From positions 5,272,001-5,336,000 of the forward strand of contig NW_024704742.1 of the NCBI RefSeq assembly GCF_018977255.1: a stretch of 64,000 nucleotides of DNA, in the 5' to 3' direction. Below the pieces are notes generated by a model that saw only the letters and a list, made by a program, of their open reading frames with translations, did no database searches and was not told the origin of the DNA. The position numbers and the translations under genes are program-made. The stretch comes from Callorhinchus milii. Lineage: Eukaryota. Shown here piece by piece: positions 13,370 to 27,281 of the stretch; within the stretch, counting starts at the first letter, position 1, and each line of letters opens with the position of its first letter.

Positions 13370-14239
13370 GTGACTGTAGGCGAATCTGTGATGATAGGTC
13401 ACATTTTTAATCCCATTATTTTTAAATATACAGACGTGAAAACAGCAGAACTACCATATTTAAGCTGCTGGCAAGTCCCTGTACATAATTAACTGGACAG
13501 TTTATATTGGAGCTTTAAGATTTGCAGCTGATGCACACTGTAATAAAACAAATTAATATTAGAGCGATAATGTTACCCAACTGGCACAAACACTTTATTT
13601 CTGCTTGTCCTGTCTTTTCCTTATTCTCTCTCTCGCTCTCTCTCCCACTTTATTTGACTACTTTCATTTGAGTCTAGATCAGAAACAAGAAATCAGTTTT
13701 TTTCTAACTCTTTTTACGGTTTTCAAAAAAAATAAAAGTTCTCCTTCCTATTGGCTCAACTTGAACTTCCCTGAGGTAAAGATGCACAGTTGTTCCATAC
13801 CCAAGATAATGCGTAAACATTTGAAAACTAAACACAGGTTAAGTCAAGTGGTCATGAAAGAGACCTACTCCCAACTCTATTTCTCCCAACTCTGTGCACG
13901 CACCTCATCTACCAGCAATGCCATTTTCATTTATTAATAGGCTGTACCTTTTGTTAATACTTTTGGTGAATAAGGCATTGGCGTTCTTGAAGGAGAGATG
14001 CCAATACTGGGGAATGGGACATCATCCCATCAATTTTGCTCTGGGTTAGTATCAAGCAAGCTGGAGTTAGATATAGCACAAAACTCACTGTATTCTGCAC
14101 CAGCAACATGTCTTCACCGCAGTCTCAGAAGCACATTCCTCGCTGCAACATTGTGAATAGAGTACTGTATTTCCATTTCTCACACCAGCCATACACATTC
14201 TCAGCAAACTGTAGGCAAGCTTGATCTGTGGAGCTGAGC

Positions 14240-14412
14240 GCGCGCGAGAGAGAGAGAAAGAGAGAGAGAGAGAGCGCGCGCAATCCATTCCGACAAACTA
14301 TCTCTGGGATTTCCACGTGTAGGCGGGATGGGTGGGAATCCTCAGCTTGGTTCGGATGCTCTTAAGCAACGGCGATGGGTTTCCGTGCGTGTCAGACACC
14401 CGGCTGACCAAA
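14240..14412 (+). mobile_element. Unclassified interspersed repeat, putative 3' end with A-rich tail
   Basis: Closely similar to the inverted copy at 49145-49300; related copies near 2070, 17700, 45460 and 60690. Confidence 0.7.
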
Positions 14413-15862
14413 AAGAAAAGAAAGCGTCTTGTAAACGAACAATGAGCAGAAAGTTTCAATTTTCTCAACGCAGCGCACAGTACATTGTGAAGTGTTGGGA
14501 GAATGTTTGCCACCTAGTGGTAGCATCAGTTGGCAAACGCAACCGGCATTTAACCTTTTGTTGAATCCTTACGAAATAATACATGACCATCCTTCAGCAA
14601 TATTTCACAGTATTTCTAATCTGTTCATACTTATTGAAAATGCATGGGTTGCTACGGAGGAGGGGAGAAAGGACCTCTATCCACCGGCCATCACTGGCTG
14701 TGGCAAACAATATTTTCTGTTTCATACTTTCGCTGTCTTTCAGGCTGAGTGAAGTGTCTGTGTTTCTGAGTCGTTCTACTTTTTTTTTCTCTCTCACACA
14801 CACTCTCTCTCTCTCTCTCTTTATCTCCCCCCCCCCCCCCCCCCCTATTAGGACAGACGATTGGGAGTATTTTAATAATACTATTTTTTCACCAACAAAC
14901 AAGTCGGAATTAATGCCAGGAAAGGAAACGTGGAATTACAGAACCAGGACACTCCAGAAAAGGCTGATACACTGAGCTAAGCCGCAACCAGTCATTCTCT
15001 GAAACATTCCCTACCTCCATATCCAGTGCACACGAGCAGCATTTGCCATTTATTTTGGGTATAAATACCTGTTGTTCTGGAGCGTGTTAGTCTTTCAGGA
15101 TGCTGCAGTGGGTGAGGTTGCTGTTAGCTTTTCGAAGCTAAAAATACTGCAGGGACCCAAGATATATCAAACTGCGTGAAACGCTGCAAACAGTACCGCA
15201 CAGTAACAGAAACACATCTCTCTTGTTTCATATATTGCTTAAGTGGAGCAGTCAGAATCCATGGAAACAAAAATTCAATGTTTCTGGCCAAAAGATTCTG
15301 TGTCTCGCTTAAGGGGTGTGTGGGGGTGGGGGGGGGAGGGTTGCACTGGCTGGTCTGAATAAAAATTATAATATTTTATACAATGAGTGATCAATACTAT
15401 TCAGGTTTAATAAATCCTGAGTATATGTGACAGGTAAATTACAAGCTATTTCAATACATTGTTGTTGTCATTTGCTTTATGACTGACTCGTGCAGTGCTT
15501 AGCAAAATTGTCGCAGATGTATTTGCATTAAATCGCATGAATCTGTGAATGAGGAGAATAGTCCTAATGGCTACTTATGTAGGAGAGATTTAGGAGGGCA
15601 TTTTCGCAGCAGCTCAGATGCTGGTGAAGGATTGACCTAATAGGATTCTTAAAAATAATAATCCTTCCATTTGATAGCAAACACTTTTTCAATATCCACT
15701 TGTGAAGGACAACAGCTCTGACGATGGAGCTTTACCCAACAACTTTCCTCGAGAATACCAGCAATTGAGCCAATGAGAGGGGAATTCGAGGGGGTAAAGG
15801 CTGGTGTGGAGCATAAACATCTGCACAGATGAGGTGAGGCCATTATAACAATCTATGCAATC

Positions 15863-16310
15863 CCTCCTTGTTGGCCTTCCCAACTCTTCCCTCCACAAGC
15901 TGCAGATCATCCAGAACTCTTCAGCTTGCGTCCTCTCCCGCACCAGGCTCTGTGACCCTATCACCCCCACCCTCGCCTGGCTCCCCATTCCCCAGAGGAT
16001 AGAGTTCAAAATCCTCGTCCTCTCCGTCAAGGCCCTCCATGGCCTTGCTCCTTCCTACCTCTGCGACCTTCTGACTCCATGTCAACCTGTCCACTCCCTC
16101 TCCACGGCAGACTCCAGCTGCTCCACTTCACTTCACCCTGCCCGGTTCGCCCCACCGTCGGCGGTTGGGGCTTCAGCCTCTCTGCCCCCCACCCTCTGGA
16201 ACTCCATCCCACATTCCCTTCGTCTCGTTCACTCTCTTGCCTCCTTCAAGGCGAGTCTCAAGACCCTCCTCTTCGACCACACCTTCGGCCACCCTTCTAC
16301 CCCCCCCCAC
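15863..16310 (+). mobile_element. L2 3' fragment
   Basis: LVGLPNSSLHKLQIIQNSSACVLSRTRLCDPITPTLAWLPIPQRIEFK... in the ORF track. Confidence 0.9.
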
Positions 16311-17309
16311 TCTAGTGAGTGGTCTGAACTTCCAGGTCCCGCCGATGAGCCAGCAGTGCCCTGGAATACTGTGGACTCACCTGACTCAGGTACCAGAATA
16401 CAGAGACCACCTCAGAGGGCTCGCTCGATTTCCGACATTGCCAAACATGTCATCCTGGAGCCAGTTCAGTTCCAAGGAGACCATACTTATCCCCCCCCCC
16501 CAACCCCCTTCCAGGAGGAATGGTCACCGACCCATTCCACGTCCATGGTTGGGTTTTTAGCCTATCTACCCCGACTCTCTGGAACTCCATCCCAGAGCCC
16601 CTCCAACTCCTTCCCTTCCTCCCTTACCTCTTCTAAGGTTCGTCTCAAGACTTCTCTGTTCACTTGTACTTTCGGTCATCTTTCCCCGTCCCACCACCTT
16701 GGCTCCCACCGCCCGCTCGGGTTGTCAAGCGAGGAAAGGTGGTGCATAAATATCAATTGGTATTGCATTGTACAAAAATATTATAGTTTGCTGTTGGTAA
16801 CATCCAAAATAATTTCCCCCAACGTCTCCTGCCATATCTATTCTGGCCACCGGGAAGCACTGCGGCGAATTAGATTGGATTCTATTGCAATAATGGTTCG
16901 AAACGTATCGACGGCGGTACAATAGGAATATAGGAAAGCATGGAACAGGTAAAGGCCATTCGACTGAACAAGCCCACTCCTGCTGGAGAACCACACCGAA
17001 TATGGGCTTCTCCATTTCTTGGGTCAAGGCTCCGCGATTGTAAAGTCAATAAACAAACAAACATTCCAGAATTCATCGGTGAACCTTGATCTCTTTCCCT
17101 TCACAAGCAGCACAGTGGCACAGCACGTGTTGTGTCCTACGTTTCATTCGTCCATCTTTCTGACGTAAAGGACGCTATACAAGTGTCATTTGTTGTTGCT
17201 GTTGTTGTTTATTTCCCTGCAAACTAATCGCGGTGGATTCCAATCGCTGGATACATGAATGAGTGCCAAGGGGTCCAGAATGTGTATAGTTAGAGCGGGT
17301 CACTTTAGT

Positions 17310-17620
17310 AACCAAGCTATGGGCAACGACTAGACACGCTAGAGATCTTCCATCTTGATACAGGATGACTCGGAGGGGATCTCATGATGACATACAACAT
17401 TTTAAATGGGATTGAAAAAGTAAACCCAGATTATTACGTGAGGATGTATTGTGACAGTAGATCAAGAGGATCAAGAGGTTTAGAGTTGTAAAGGGCAATT
17501 TTGCAACATGTAACAGGACGTTTCTTTACATAAAAGGTAATCAATGACTGGAACAGGTTGCTAGGAAAGGTGGTAGAGGCCAGAAACTGGACCCATTGAC
17601 AAAGCAGATTGATGCAGTGA
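17310..17620 (+). mobile_element. Old CR1-like LINE 3' fragment
   Basis: Degenerate similarity to the CR1 copies at 43795 and 51514. Confidence 0.6.
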
Positions 17621-18121
17621 TGGGGGGATGGGGATGAGGCGGGAGGGTGTGTGTGTCGGAAGGATGTGATCAGATGGGCCAAAGAGCCTGCTGGCAATGA
17701 TAAGCTATGTGCTTTTTGCTGGTTAGACTCCAGCAGTAGCCAAGCGCACACTCTGGGGTCCCCAATCCTTGGCTCTTGCCAACCTGCGCCTAATACTTTT
17801 TTGAATGAGGTAAGTGGGATGTGTCTCTTCAGGGAGAGAGATCTACGCATTCCATTCCAACAATCTACCTCTGAGATTTCCAATGTATAAATGAGATGCA
17901 TGGAATTCGCAGCTTGGTTTGGATACTCTTAAGCAATGGTGATGGGTTTCCACGTGTGCCAGACACCCGACTGAAGTTCTTCATCCAGACCAATCGGAAG
18001 TTGGGCTCAGAGGGATGTGTCCCACCTCTTCTGCAATAACAGTGGAGTCCTGTGGCTCAGTGGTTAGAGTTCTTGAACTTACTGTGGACTTAACCTGCCG
18101 GTCAGATTGGGGTCCACTTTC

Positions 18122-18372
18122 TTTGGGGGGCGAGGAAGGGGGGGGGGGGGGGGGAGGTGACCGTAAGCACAATCAAAAAGGAAGGTCTTTAAACAGGATT
18201 TGAAAATGTGGAGGGAGGGGGCAAGGCGGAGGAATCGAGGGAGTTCCAGAGCTTCGGGGCGTAGTGGCTGAAGGCATGGCCACCGATGGTGAAGCGGAAG
18301 GTGGGGGAGGGGTGGGGGGGAAAGGGGCGAATAGGAGCCAGTGAAGTAGAGGGAGCGGGTGGTGGAGTGGAG
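18122..18372 (-). mobile_element. L2 3' fragment
   Basis: LAPSLHIFKSCLKTFLFDCAYGHL in the ORF track. Confidence 0.8.
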
Positions 18373-21300
18373 CTTAAGCAAATCGGATAAGTTTGTTTGC
18401 GGTCGTAGATGGGGCTGAGAATTGTGCAAAGGAATTGACTGATTAAACTTTAGATACACATTTCTCCTGCTTCAGATCTTACGTTTTGGTTAAACTAATG
18501 ATGAAATAAAGTAGTACAATAAACAAATGTGTAACCTATTTATTGTTTGCACATCGCTACATCAAACATGGCTTATTTCAGTGGTAGTTCTTGGTTTAGT
18601 TTCTTCATTTGGATATGTGAAGTCATCTTTTCTGCAAACGTTGCCTCAATCCACATAACAGGTAAGAAAATTAAATCCCACAGCACCAAAGGTTAAAATT
18701 CAAGAAAATAACAACCCTACCTACCATTGAAAGGCATGAGAAAATCCATCGAGGTTAAAATTGATTTTAAAAAAAATTGAGATGCATTTGGACGATAACC
18801 TGCATCAAACCTCCCATGTAGTACTTTATTTTGGGGGGAGGGGAGGGGTGGGGGGGGTTGAGGAGAGGAGAGTCACTTTCCTTGGTCCACAATTTAAATA
18901 GAATCAACTTTTGCAAGTTTTCTGAGTGCAGCTGCCGCTTATAAATCTCAGCCACATTGATCACCATCCTTTAAATACTTGTCATAAAGCACGAAAGAAG
19001 GTGCGGAAAGGCTTTGATTGAATGTTCAGCACATGGGAGGTAGTGACGCATATAGAATAAGAGAATTGACCACCCACTATACGAGCGGGAGAATATAGTG
19101 TTCGCAAACCCATAGACAAATGCAGTTGCGAACCCCTGTGCTTATATAAGGCCTTCTAACTTCAACTTCTGGTCAGTAAAATCAGGACAACGCAACTTAT
19201 ATTTCTACTTTAAGACTTACTGTTCCCAAGTTAGGCTTAAGGCAAAAATTGCCTCCACAGTAGCAGTCCAACGGGGGGCGGTGGGGGGTGTAGGAACCTG
19301 CTGCAGAGTGACTGCACATTTTGTCTTCTGCTATGGAAATGAAGCACTCTTAATAGCTGTGGGCAATTTGAAATTTCCCCTTATCCTTGGTGCAGCATTT
19401 CAGAAAATCTGGACCGATTGAGCATTTGGGCTAAGTGACATTACAAACATGTACATTATACAAACATACATCAAAATGTTTGAAGGTGATCATTTACTGA
19501 AAAGTTACCAGGCAATGAATGGCAAGCTATTAAAGCTAGTCAAACATCAAGTAGTATCGCCAAGGCATTGGCCTTAGTCAATAAATGATCCTAATCTAAT
19601 ACAGATCACCGCTAAGGTCACATTTAGAATATTTTGTACATTACTGTAGGTTTGGGTACCTTATCTTTTTTTTAAAAAAAATTGAAGTGTTAAAGGGTAA
19701 AGGAAAAATTAACAACGATGAATCTGGTGCTGAGCACCATCAGGTATAAGAGGCCAATAGACCCAAACAAAGGAAACATTGAGGGCGAGAGACTAGATCC
19801 AGGTGTACTGAGAGGCACACATGGAGGTGGAATTTGGGCTATTTGATTCAAGAATACAGAATAAGGGCACATCAGTTTAAAATGAACCGGGATCAAAACA
19901 AAAGACAACACCTTTTCTCATCGAATGGTTTGATTTCTGGGGTGGATTCCTCATAAAAGCACTTGATCCCACCACACTATTTGTGGAAAAAAAACTAGAT
20001 AAGTGTCAATTTAGGAAGAGCAATGTAAATTATGGGGAATAGGCACACATAAGAGAAAGAGATACTCTGCCACACACAATGCTCCCTGGTTGCTGACTGG
20101 GGGCCCTTGGGAAGGAAGAGAATGTCTATGTTGAGTCTTCACTTGATTATCTCCAAAGGCTTTCTTCCAGGATAGTGTCGAGTCCACCCCGAATAGGCTT
20201 TAAGTCATCGGTTGAAGGACCAAATGGCCTTTTCTCAATCCGTGCTTTCTTAAATTATTTAGGTGGATTTATAATCTTATAGCGACCCAGGATTTAGCTA
20301 TTAAGGACCGGAAACAAAAAACAGCTACAGGTCTGTGTGAAAACCTTACGCAATGGTTTTCGTTTACTACCACTCTCAATCCACAAAGGTGCAATTTTCC
20401 TCAACCTTGTCCTGAGGCAAAGTAGGAGGAGAAATATTCTTCACTGGCCAGCTGAGCACTGTGCAGCTGGGGAGGAAAAATGTGTGCGGATGACAAAACA
20501 TTTGCCAGTTATTTTTCAGTTTACTAAGATTACAAACAGGATAAAGTATTAGTCCTGCGCTGAGCTCACCGATTACAGCTTGGGGCAGCAGTAGGTGTCA
20601 GATAAGGGCCTCAGCACACCTTGGTTAGATGGTGGTGGGGGGGTGGGGGGGAATGCGGAAGGGGGTAGCTCATCCACCTAAATCCCAACAGGAGTTGGCG
20701 ATATTCAGCATAAAAAGTCATATTTACTATCTCTATAATATTAGCACAATACCAGAAAAAATGTGTGCAACACGTTAGACGTGAACTCACTCCAATAACC
20801 AGTGATGTGACTTGAGCACATGGATCACTAAATAATTTAAGACAATTCGTTGCTGCAAGAGAAATACCGAAAACCTTTCTTGCTCAGGCTGTTCCTGGAG
20901 GACTGGAGCCAGCAGACATTTACAGCAATCTCCAGTCCTTTTTATACCAGGCGCGCCCTGTCCTTCTTTCTTTTTTTNAAATAGTGTCGCTGTACTACAT
21001 AACTAGTTGTGAATCAGGAACATACTATTTCAGGTCAACCATGAAAGTTTTCCGACTATAAAACCGTGGCCAGGAAATTCCAAGAATGTACAGAACCAGT
21101 GCCTGATCATTCTTTCATCTTTTTAAAAATAAAAACAATGCAAGATGAAAAACTCTCTGAAATCTTGATATTCAGTTTTACTCCAGTTACAATAGGAAAC
21201 TGATCAACTACACAGGACAACCAACCTATTTCTCAACCTGCTGTTCTACAATGTGCATTGTTTACTTTTATATGAAAAAAGTTCAGGAAATTTGCTTATT

Positions 21301-21397
21301 TCTAATCCATTTTCATTTCATTATGACCACCTTTTATATTGCATGGGCACCAGTGAAATTTTTCATGGTGTGTAAGATTAGTGGATTTATATTCAGT

Positions 21398-21403
21398 TTT
21401 ATT
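21398..21403 (-). terminator. Candidate METAP1 polyadenylation signal (AATAAA)
   Basis: AATAAA on the minus strand about 760 nt after the stop codon, in AU-rich sequence; a proximal AATAAA also lies at 22080-22085. Confidence 0.45.
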
Positions 21404-22158
21404 CCACAGTAAAACTGGCAGCATAACTGGCAATTTAAGTAATCGTCTTTAAGATGAATTTCAGATTTTGTATGGTCATCACTAAAAACAAAGTTGAAAC
21501 AATACAAAATACAACAGTTTATCATCAACAATATGACCAGCACTTAAAACGTTTATCAGAAAAAATAGAAATTTACTGAGGTCTTTTTTTTAAAAAAAAA
21601 CTTAACTTTGTCTGATCAAAGTACAAAGAGAAAATTGTCATTTCAATTTTGACCAAAAAAGATGTACTACCCATCTTCAATATTTTTCCATTAGTGGTAT
21701 GAGTAAAATCACCCGAACAATCAGTATTTTGAAGTAATTTCAGATTAGGGAAGAATCTCTGACCAGATGTGTTTGTAAATGGTGTTTCTTTTGACTCAGT
21801 AGTGTCCATCCTTTGTAGACATGTCCAAAACAAGAAATCTTGCAGGAAATTTACCAGCTAATACGACAGCAGCTAGTAACACACTTTCCAACATCCCACA
21901 ATCTATATAGAAGCCACACGTGTAATTCTATGAGAAACATTAAGATAGAAGCAGTAAGAATGCCATTATGACCAGAGGCACTCTGGAGGAAGAAACGAGA
22001 AGAGATATTGCGTACAGACTGTGCATCCAATGCTTTGCAGCATCCATCAAACCAAAAATATAATCGGTGACCTTAGGCATTTATTGAACTTGCAGGTGAA
22101 GAGTGCATTTCGGACATTGCTAAAAGCTTTCCCTGGAATCGCCAGCCAGGCGGCAGCT

Positions 22159-22325
22159 TTACAACTGTGTCGCAAAATAAGGACGGCCATCATCCTCCAG
22201 GCGTCGCGTCAAGATTTCACAGCCAGTCTCTGTGACCAGCAGGGTGTGCTCAAATTGTGCGGAACGCTTGCCATCTTTAGTTACAGCAGTCCAACCATCT
22301 GGCCAGGTCTCATCGTGCCACGCTC
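22159..22325 (-). CDS. METAP1: Methionine aminopeptidase 1, last coding exon (exon 11)
   Basis: Translates (G)[54 protein letters not shown]; acceptor actacag; contains the metal-ligand motif QFEHT. Confidence 0.97.
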
Positions 22326-22766
22326 CTGTAGTTAAAATAAACACTCAAGTCACTTCCTCATAGCCGTTCAACCCACTACCTACTTGGATCATTTCTGTAC
22401 TATTTCACAAGGACCATTTGATTCTCCTGTCTTTTCGCCCATAAAATACACAGTCAGTTCACTTTAGAGTGTTTTGCTGTGAAGCGTTTTGAGACGTCTC
22501 GAAGACGTGATAAGGCGCTACATCAAATGATTATTGCTATTATTTCACCTCCTGATGCTGCCACGAGTTAGTGAGTGTGTTCTCACTTAGTGAGAACATT
22601 CAGGCTAATCGGGTTAATATTTCATTGTACAAAGTGAAACTGTGTTGGCTTTACATGTTTCATTTAACCTGACAAACATTCAAAAGCAGACCTCTCTAGA
22701 TTTCCACTGGCCTTCCTGACTGTACACGTTAACTGAATTCTGTAAAACATGCAATTTGTATCTTAC

Positions 22767-22832
22767 CTTCACAAATCATAGGTTCAATTGTAAAGATGTG
22801 ACCTGCCTTCATCACTCCAACAGCTTTATTTT
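22767..22832 (-). CDS. METAP1: METAP1 exon 10 (66 nt)
   Basis: (K)[21 protein letters not shown]; acceptor tttatag, donor gtaaga; phases fit neighbouring exons. Confidence 0.97.
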
Positions 22833-23915
22833 CTATAAAGAAAGAAATGTGGCAGGAAGAGTACACCCTATTAGGCGCAAATCACTGAATTTTTCATTAC
22901 ATCGTCAAACCGCCCAAAGAAGTAGAACGCCAAACAGAAACGTCCAAGACCAAAATATACCACAGAGGAAGACAACATTGTGAGCTCCTGATCTGTGTTG
23001 GTTTGTATCCAGTCAGACAGAAATCCACATACGTGGGCTCCCATTACATGCAAATTTCCCATTTCTGGAATGGAATGCGCACTCCATCACTGGAGAAACA
23101 CAGCAAATTATGGACAGGATTAGGCTTAGGAAATGGACTACCAAAACCGCCAAAGAGGGTTGCCTTGATTCTGGCATTCCGTTGTCAAGCATATGAACTA
23201 CGACAGTCTCAAAAAGGGAAGTTAAAAAAAAAAACAGGCTATCAAACTCCCTGCAAACTTCCTGAAATGTGTGACAGCATTGCTGCTATTCTCCTGCCCA
23301 CAGCTCAGGCACACATCCTTGAACATCAGACGATGATTTGACTAGTTGGAATTGCGGAGTTTTGAGCAGCAGCTGCTGTTTCCACATTCCAAGGGGACAC
23401 CTGGATATGAGTGAGTGTTCACAAACACAGACTCCAGGTGAATCCTTCCTGCAGTCGTCTCAACTCTCAAGATTTGCTCAGCACCTACTGAACAAACACT
23501 GCCTTGCTGTATGGTGGTGGACCTATAGTGGACACCAGGTGACATGTCAGCCACCTAGTCCAATGCTCAGAGGGGAGCTGGTGCACTGAGATTAGGCACC
23601 ATATGGAGAAAAATGGAGCGACAACAGATCATACTCAGACCATACATTCAGAAGCATTAAAGCTCTAAGCCTGGGAATGGCTTCTAAAGAAGGAAAAAAA
23701 ACAAAGCTGAGCTAACGGCTGTTATAGTTGATAGGTGACATGGAATTATTGATAATGAGACATGATCAAGACTAATACACAAAAAATGCTGTTTGCGGAC
23801 ATACAATCACTGAATGTAACACTTATTTTTAGATTGAGACGAAAAAAACATTGGAGGGTGCTATAAATCATTAAACTTCATTTCATCTGTATAGGTTTTG
23901 AAACGGGTTGCTTAC

Positions 23916-24059
23916 TTGCGTAATGTGGCACATTAGGTGCAGTGTGGAAAAGTCGGTGGATCCCATGGCCACAATAACTTCGGACAACTGAAAATCCATT
24001 TGCGTGTGCGTGCTTCTGAATGATATTCCCCAACTCCCTGTACCGAATACCTGGCTTTA
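23916..24059 (-). CDS. METAP1: METAP1 exon 9 (144 nt)
   Basis: (V)[47 protein letters not shown]; acceptor tttgcag, donor gtaagc. Confidence 0.97.
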
Positions 24060-24716
24060 CTGCAAAGAGTAATATTTAACCCAACAAGTTATTCCAATTG
24101 TTTCACTTTAACAAGATTACCAAAAAGTGAACTAAAGCTAGTTCACTTTAATACATCAATACCCAGGCCCAATATATGTATATAATATAATATAATATAT
24201 AATATGCATTGCCACTCAGGATGCAGTGACAAATAGAAGCAGCAGGATAATGGGACTTTGTTATGTGGGCGCATTGTTGTAGTGGGGTAAAGTCTGCAGC
24301 ACTTCCCAACTATCTTTGGAATTATGTCAATATCTTTCATAAAAGTAGAGTGAATAATAACAGCACTCCACTTATTAAGTCTGTAATAAAGCACAATTTA
24401 CTGATCTTTTACACTGATAAGATTTTTGTACAACAATAATAATAATTCTGTTCAGTTTTGAGTTAACTGAATTGTCAGGGCAAAAGAACACAATTTGCAA
24501 TTTACTAACTGATCCCAGAACAGTCTGGATGAACAATTTATCTCATTCCGCAGGTGTAAGAACATATGAAATGGAGCATTGTTTCAATGATATCACAATC
24601 TTTCTCTTTCATATCAGTGGCAAATCAAACACGGGGGGAGAAACAGTATAATTTTTTTAAAAATAGTCAAGCTAACTGCATTCTAGTTATGTACTTGGCA
24701 CTCAAGGCCCACTCAC

Positions 24717-24848
24717 CTGAATCAATAGCATGCATAAGGCATTCAAATGTTGTCTGAACCAGTTTCTTTGCTCCTTCATCGATTTCTCCGACAAAAAAGG
24801 TCTCATTTAAATCACCATGAAAACCATTTCGGTAAACTGTAATATCCA
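24717..24848 (-). CDS. METAP1: METAP1 exon 8 (132 nt)
   Basis: (V)[43 protein letters not shown]; acceptor ttacag, donor gtgagt. Confidence 0.97.
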
Positions 24849-25194
24849 CTGTAATCAAAGAAAGCAGAGTTTCAGACATAATGTTTTATCGTTTGAAAAA
24901 GTAATGCTCTGGTTGTGGTAAGTTTAGGGCACTTAAGAGAGAGACTGCAAGAGTAAGAGCTCCTGTTAGTGTACAAGGGTTGTACGAACTGTACGAACCT
25001 TGTTAGGTAGAAAGATAAGGCTTCAGTCAGAACATACAGCGATGATTTAAAATTCTGCAACAATGTATTTGCCACTTCTGTCAAACTACGTAATAATGCC
25101 ATTTGAGAAATGAGTTAATCTGAATAAAAGGTGATTTGTAGTATAATTCAGAGACATTTAATATCGGATTCATTTATACATTTAGTATAATACC

Positions 25195-25557
25195 TTGTAG
25201 GTCAAGAGGACATCCCAAAGCGCTTCACAAGATATACGGTAAAGTGCAGCGACTCTGTATTTTGTAGGTGAAATACGGCAGCTAATTACACAGAGCAATG
25301 TCCCACAGTCATGGCGCGAATGTTCAATTTTATTTGGCCGATTGTTGGCCAGGACACTGGGAGAAAATCCCTTCTCTCTTCAAATAGTCCCAAGGAGATC
25401 TTCAACATCAAACCCAAACAGGCAGACGGGATCTCGGATTAACATCTCATCCGAAGGATAGTATCTCCGACAATGCAGCACAGCCCCAGCATTGCATTTC
25501 AGTGCCATTTTAAACTAGCCCCAAAACAGAGCTCGACGCCACCATCTTCTGACTCAG
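25195..25557 (-). mobile_element. Deu-domain SINE (SacSINE1/AmnSINE1-like), degenerate
   Basis: Reverse complement contains tgcattgtcggaga...ttcggatgagatgttaatccgag...gtgtcctggccaa. Confidence 0.7.
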
Positions 25558-25994
25558 ACATGACATACTTAAATACTTCAATAATGATTTAACTATCTTA
25601 CAATATTCTTCCAGAACAATTGCTTCAAATATACACAATTATGACTTGCCTGGGTTTATATTAAATCACCACTAGATTTTTAGCATGATGGCTTTATAGA
25701 TTGCTTGGTCTTTGCTGCCATGGTTGATAAAGCCACATCAACCGTACAATTCAAAAGAAAATGAAACGAACAGCCCCCAGTAAATGGAACAAAATCATGC
25801 TGTCTGTTTAGTGTTTAGCGAGTCAAGTTGCAGTAATTTGGCAAAGCAATCCATGCCAAACAGCAGAGAGGATTTTTTTTAATAGAAAACTCTGTTCTCT
25901 GGTGAACTCTTCACCCAATCAAAACCAGATTATTTTGGTCTTAATTGGGAATAATAATCTGCAATCGTGTTGCAATATATTAAATTGCCGAATT

Positions 25995-26335
25995 CCACCT
26001 TTCTCTCAAGCCCCACATCAGGCTTTCAGCCTATAGTCTCGGCTGATACTCCAATGATGTGCTGCATCGTTGGAAGTGCTGACCTTCGGATGAGATGATA
26101 GACTGGGGTGCTGTCTGGATGTTCAGATGGACAACAAAAATTCCATGGCACTATGTGAAAAGAGAAGGGAGTTCTGCTGGTGTTCTAGCAATAATTCCCC
26201 AGAAACAAATGGGTCTTTTATTCATGGCTGTTTGTGGGAAATAGCCGTGCGCAGATTGGTTGCTTCACTGCCTATAAACAAGTCATTAAACTTTACACTA
26301 AACGCTGTGAAGCTTTGTGATATTTTGATGTGATA
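25995..26335 (+). mobile_element. Deu-domain SINE, degenerate
   Basis: gtgctgcatcgttggaagtgctgaccttcggatgagatg...catggcactatgtgaa...ctgtttgtggga. Confidence 0.65.
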
Positions 26336-26485
26336 AATCAATAGTAGTAGTTTTTTTCACTACTTTACAATACTGTTCATGGTCACGACCCGTACTTTCT
26401 GGTTGACAGGACAAATACTTTGCTAGTAGTCTTTTAACATCTAACATACTCAGAGCAAACCGGAAAGACCGTTTTTCTTCATTTA

Positions 26486-26665
<180 letters not shown>

Positions 26666-27197
26666 TTAACTGCACAGCCATTTAAAAAATATATAAATTA
26701 CCGTTTCCGATATGTAATTACAGATTACAAAACCTATTGCCCCAGTCGCAAGTCTTACTTCAACCTTCGTGGATGCACATCTCTAACTTGCGGAGCCCGT
26801 TCTGACTCCTTGATGTACTGTTACAACCCCACAAGCATACTCGCTTTCACTCAGTTTCCCCTCACCTCTGCAATATTGCACCCCTCCACCACTACTTGAT
26901 CTCTACCCCTAAGCCGCCAAGATGTCTGCGCGTGCCAACGGCTCTGGGTCTGCTTGAGGGATTCTCTAGGTCTTTCTTCCCTGCATAGACTGCAGACTAC
27001 AACAACTTCGAAAACAACAAGTTGCATTTATACAGCGTCCTCCATGCAGTGCAGTGTTCCAGCGCAGCAACTATCCTGAACTTGTAAATTACTAAGCCGA
27101 GGCTAACAACATGCTCATCCCAAATTACTTCCTCCACAGATGTACTTGTGTTTCAGATTTTTTTTAAGAAAGCAAAAAAAAAAGGAACAGTTCTTAC

Positions 27198-27281
27198 CAG
27201 ATGAACGGCATGATCAATCTCTTCTGTTGTGACCCCTGGCCTCACCATCATTGAAGCCACATCTAATACTTCCCTGGCAAG
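27198..27281 (-). CDS. METAP1: METAP1 exon 6 (84 nt)
   Basis: [28 protein letters not shown]; acceptor tttccag, donor gtaaga. Confidence 0.97.

Noticed and set aside
14101..14158. Minus-strand peptide IHNVAARNVLL resembling a tyrosine-kinase catalytic loop (IHRDVAARNVLL)
   Set aside because: Lacks the catalytic RD, has a stop four codons later, no DFG and no other kinase exons; most likely chance.
15855..16925. 356-aa ORF as a host gene
   Set aside because: A patchwork of L2 C-terminus, an unclassified repeat and a second L2 fragment.
20978..20978. Single ambiguous base n
   Set aside because: Sequencing ambiguity at a T/A homopolymer junction; it only indicates draft quality.
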